NCBI GenBank assembly: GCA_000934665.2
Contig: KZ538307.1
Location: 62,001-84,885, forward strand
Length of the DNA: 22,885 nucleotides
Direction of reading: 5' to 3'
Source of the DNA: Catajapyx aquilonaris
Lineage: Eukaryota
Shown: one piece after another, positions 21,570-22,885 of the stretch
Layout of the letters: each line of letters starts with the position of its first letter
Numbering within the stretch: position 1 is the first letter of the stretch
Translations under genes and position numbers: made by a program
Notes under the pieces: generated by a model
What the model was told of the DNA's origin: nothing
Databases searched by the model: none
The model's input: only the letters and a program-made list of their open reading frames with translations

Positions 21570-22885
21570 TTATTGGACCCAGTGACCAGCTGATTTAAAC
21601 TCCGTTACAAGACGTTCTGAATCGAAGAATAGTGGAGAGAGAGAAAATGCTGGAGTGGAGATGCAGCACGAATCCAGGACTTTGTCCCCCAGGATGGAAA
21701 ATCCATTATAGGGACCTCTTTGGGGGTTGTCGGAGAGGTACAAAAGATGCTCTGTCGACATTATCTGAAACAGTAGGACTTGGGGAAGGGAGGAGCAAAT
21801 AACACGAGGGGGACCTCAAAAAAGAGGCGACAAAAAAATGTTGATCGACACGAAAGGGAATCAATGAAGAAGTTAGATTCGTAGAACGAATCTGTTTTTT
21901 TTTTCTTCTGCTTCCCAGTAGGGACCGGGAGGGTAAGGGGGACTCACCTCTGGCTAAGGTCCAGAAGTGGTAGGTTTTGTCTTCATGGATGGCAGGAATT
22001 ATCGCCTTCCACGTCTCTCCTCTTTGGTCTTTTCCAAGGGCGTAAACACAGTCACAAAGGACATCCATTACTGTTGACTGCCGCCTGAAATAATCGTCCA
22101 AATGGGCTCCGAAAAAGCGACAGAGCGTAAAGAAGATTCTCCAAAACAAAGGAGCCTGCTTTTTATATGGGGTTAGGAAGTGTTGAACGTTATGAATTAG
22201 CGAGTTAATGGTGATTACCAGGGCAGTTGGGAAGGGAGTTACTTCACGCTGATTTATGCGACGAGCTGCTGGGCTTGTATTGACCTGCGTGTGTTGACCC
22301 TTGCGTTGCTTCAACTCCCGGTTGCCAGAACGAGTAGACACAGTGTGTAATAGATACACATTGATATGACGACCGGAGAAGAGCAATTTTCTACTTGTTT
22401 GCTTACATGTTATGCGGTTTAGATAACCGCGTCTATGACATGCACATCAGGTCATGAGCACAATCTGTCGCAAAAGATAGGGATTGGAATTGTAGTGCGA
22501 AGATAGGGCCGTATATGGCTTGGCTCTTGGCAAGGAATCGTTGAGAATCTGAGTGTAAACAACGCAACGGTTCGGTGCTCATGTGTACCGACCGAGTTAA
22601 AGCTATACCCGTTCGTTTAGAAATGATAAGTTTAATTGTGGGTGTATATTGGAGACCTTGCTCAGTGGAGTTCTTCACACTTCTTGCTCCTAAAACTCCA
22701 GATAGAGTTCCAGTTAGCTCGTAAATGTGGTCCAAACTGGCGATTTGCTCTGTAAGATCATAACTTGGCAGCGGCTGTGTCAATACTTTGTGACACCATG
22801 TGGCAACTCCGCCACGTGGTGGCCGGGAAAGTGGCAACCATGTCGGAGGAGGGGGTTCGCCTTCTTCCCTTTCCCTTCCCCGATA
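21570..22885 (-). CDS. Hypothetical multi-exon protein (or pseudogene), 5'-truncated by the window edge
   Basis: Frame A is open from the window end (YRGREREEGEPPPPTWLPLSRP...) to a TAG at 22433-22435. Frame B is open from about 22446 to 21706, the longest open frame I found. A 55-nt phase-2 intron 22445..22391 (GTGCAT...TAG, weak donor) would join them. There is a strong donor AG|GTGAGT at 21947. The last exon begins either at 21764 (TTTCAG acceptor, stop at 21706) or at 21814 (TTTGAG acceptor, running into ORF 21570..21761). No domain recognised. Confidence 0.5.

Noticed and set aside
1..22885. CRISPR arrays, telomeric arrays, rRNA, LTRs, and the remaining 60-130 aa ORFs in the track
   Set aside because: I saw no regularly spaced repeats, only isolated TTAGGG hexamers, and no rRNA motifs or long terminal repeats by eye. 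The short ORFs often start at TTG or GTG and are consistent with random background.

Overview
This window looks like eukaryotic, gene-poor genomic DNA of moderate GC content (roughly 45% by eye), with many homopolymer runs. Short GT-AG introns with CTAAC/CTGAC/CTAAT-type branch points suggest a filamentous fungus; that assignment is inference. I see no prokaryotic operon, rRNA, tRNA, CRISPR array, or recognisable transposase or reverse-transcriptase domain. Two protein-coding candidates are supportable. The first is a three-exon plus-strand gene at 6766-7341 encoding an acidic, probably disordered 156-aa protein. The second is a 5'-truncated multi-exon minus-strand gene (or pseudogene) from about 21570/21706 to beyond 22885. 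I recognise neither product. The rest is intergenic-looking DNA with isolated exon-like segments, interrupted frames that may be decayed genes, CT-rich promoter-like tracts, G-quadruplex motifs and a (GC)7 run. The most interesting signals concern splicing: overlapping splice sites at the start of gene 1, including an ATG formed across a splice junction, and hairpins inside candidate introns. I found no evidence strong enough to claim a new biological system.
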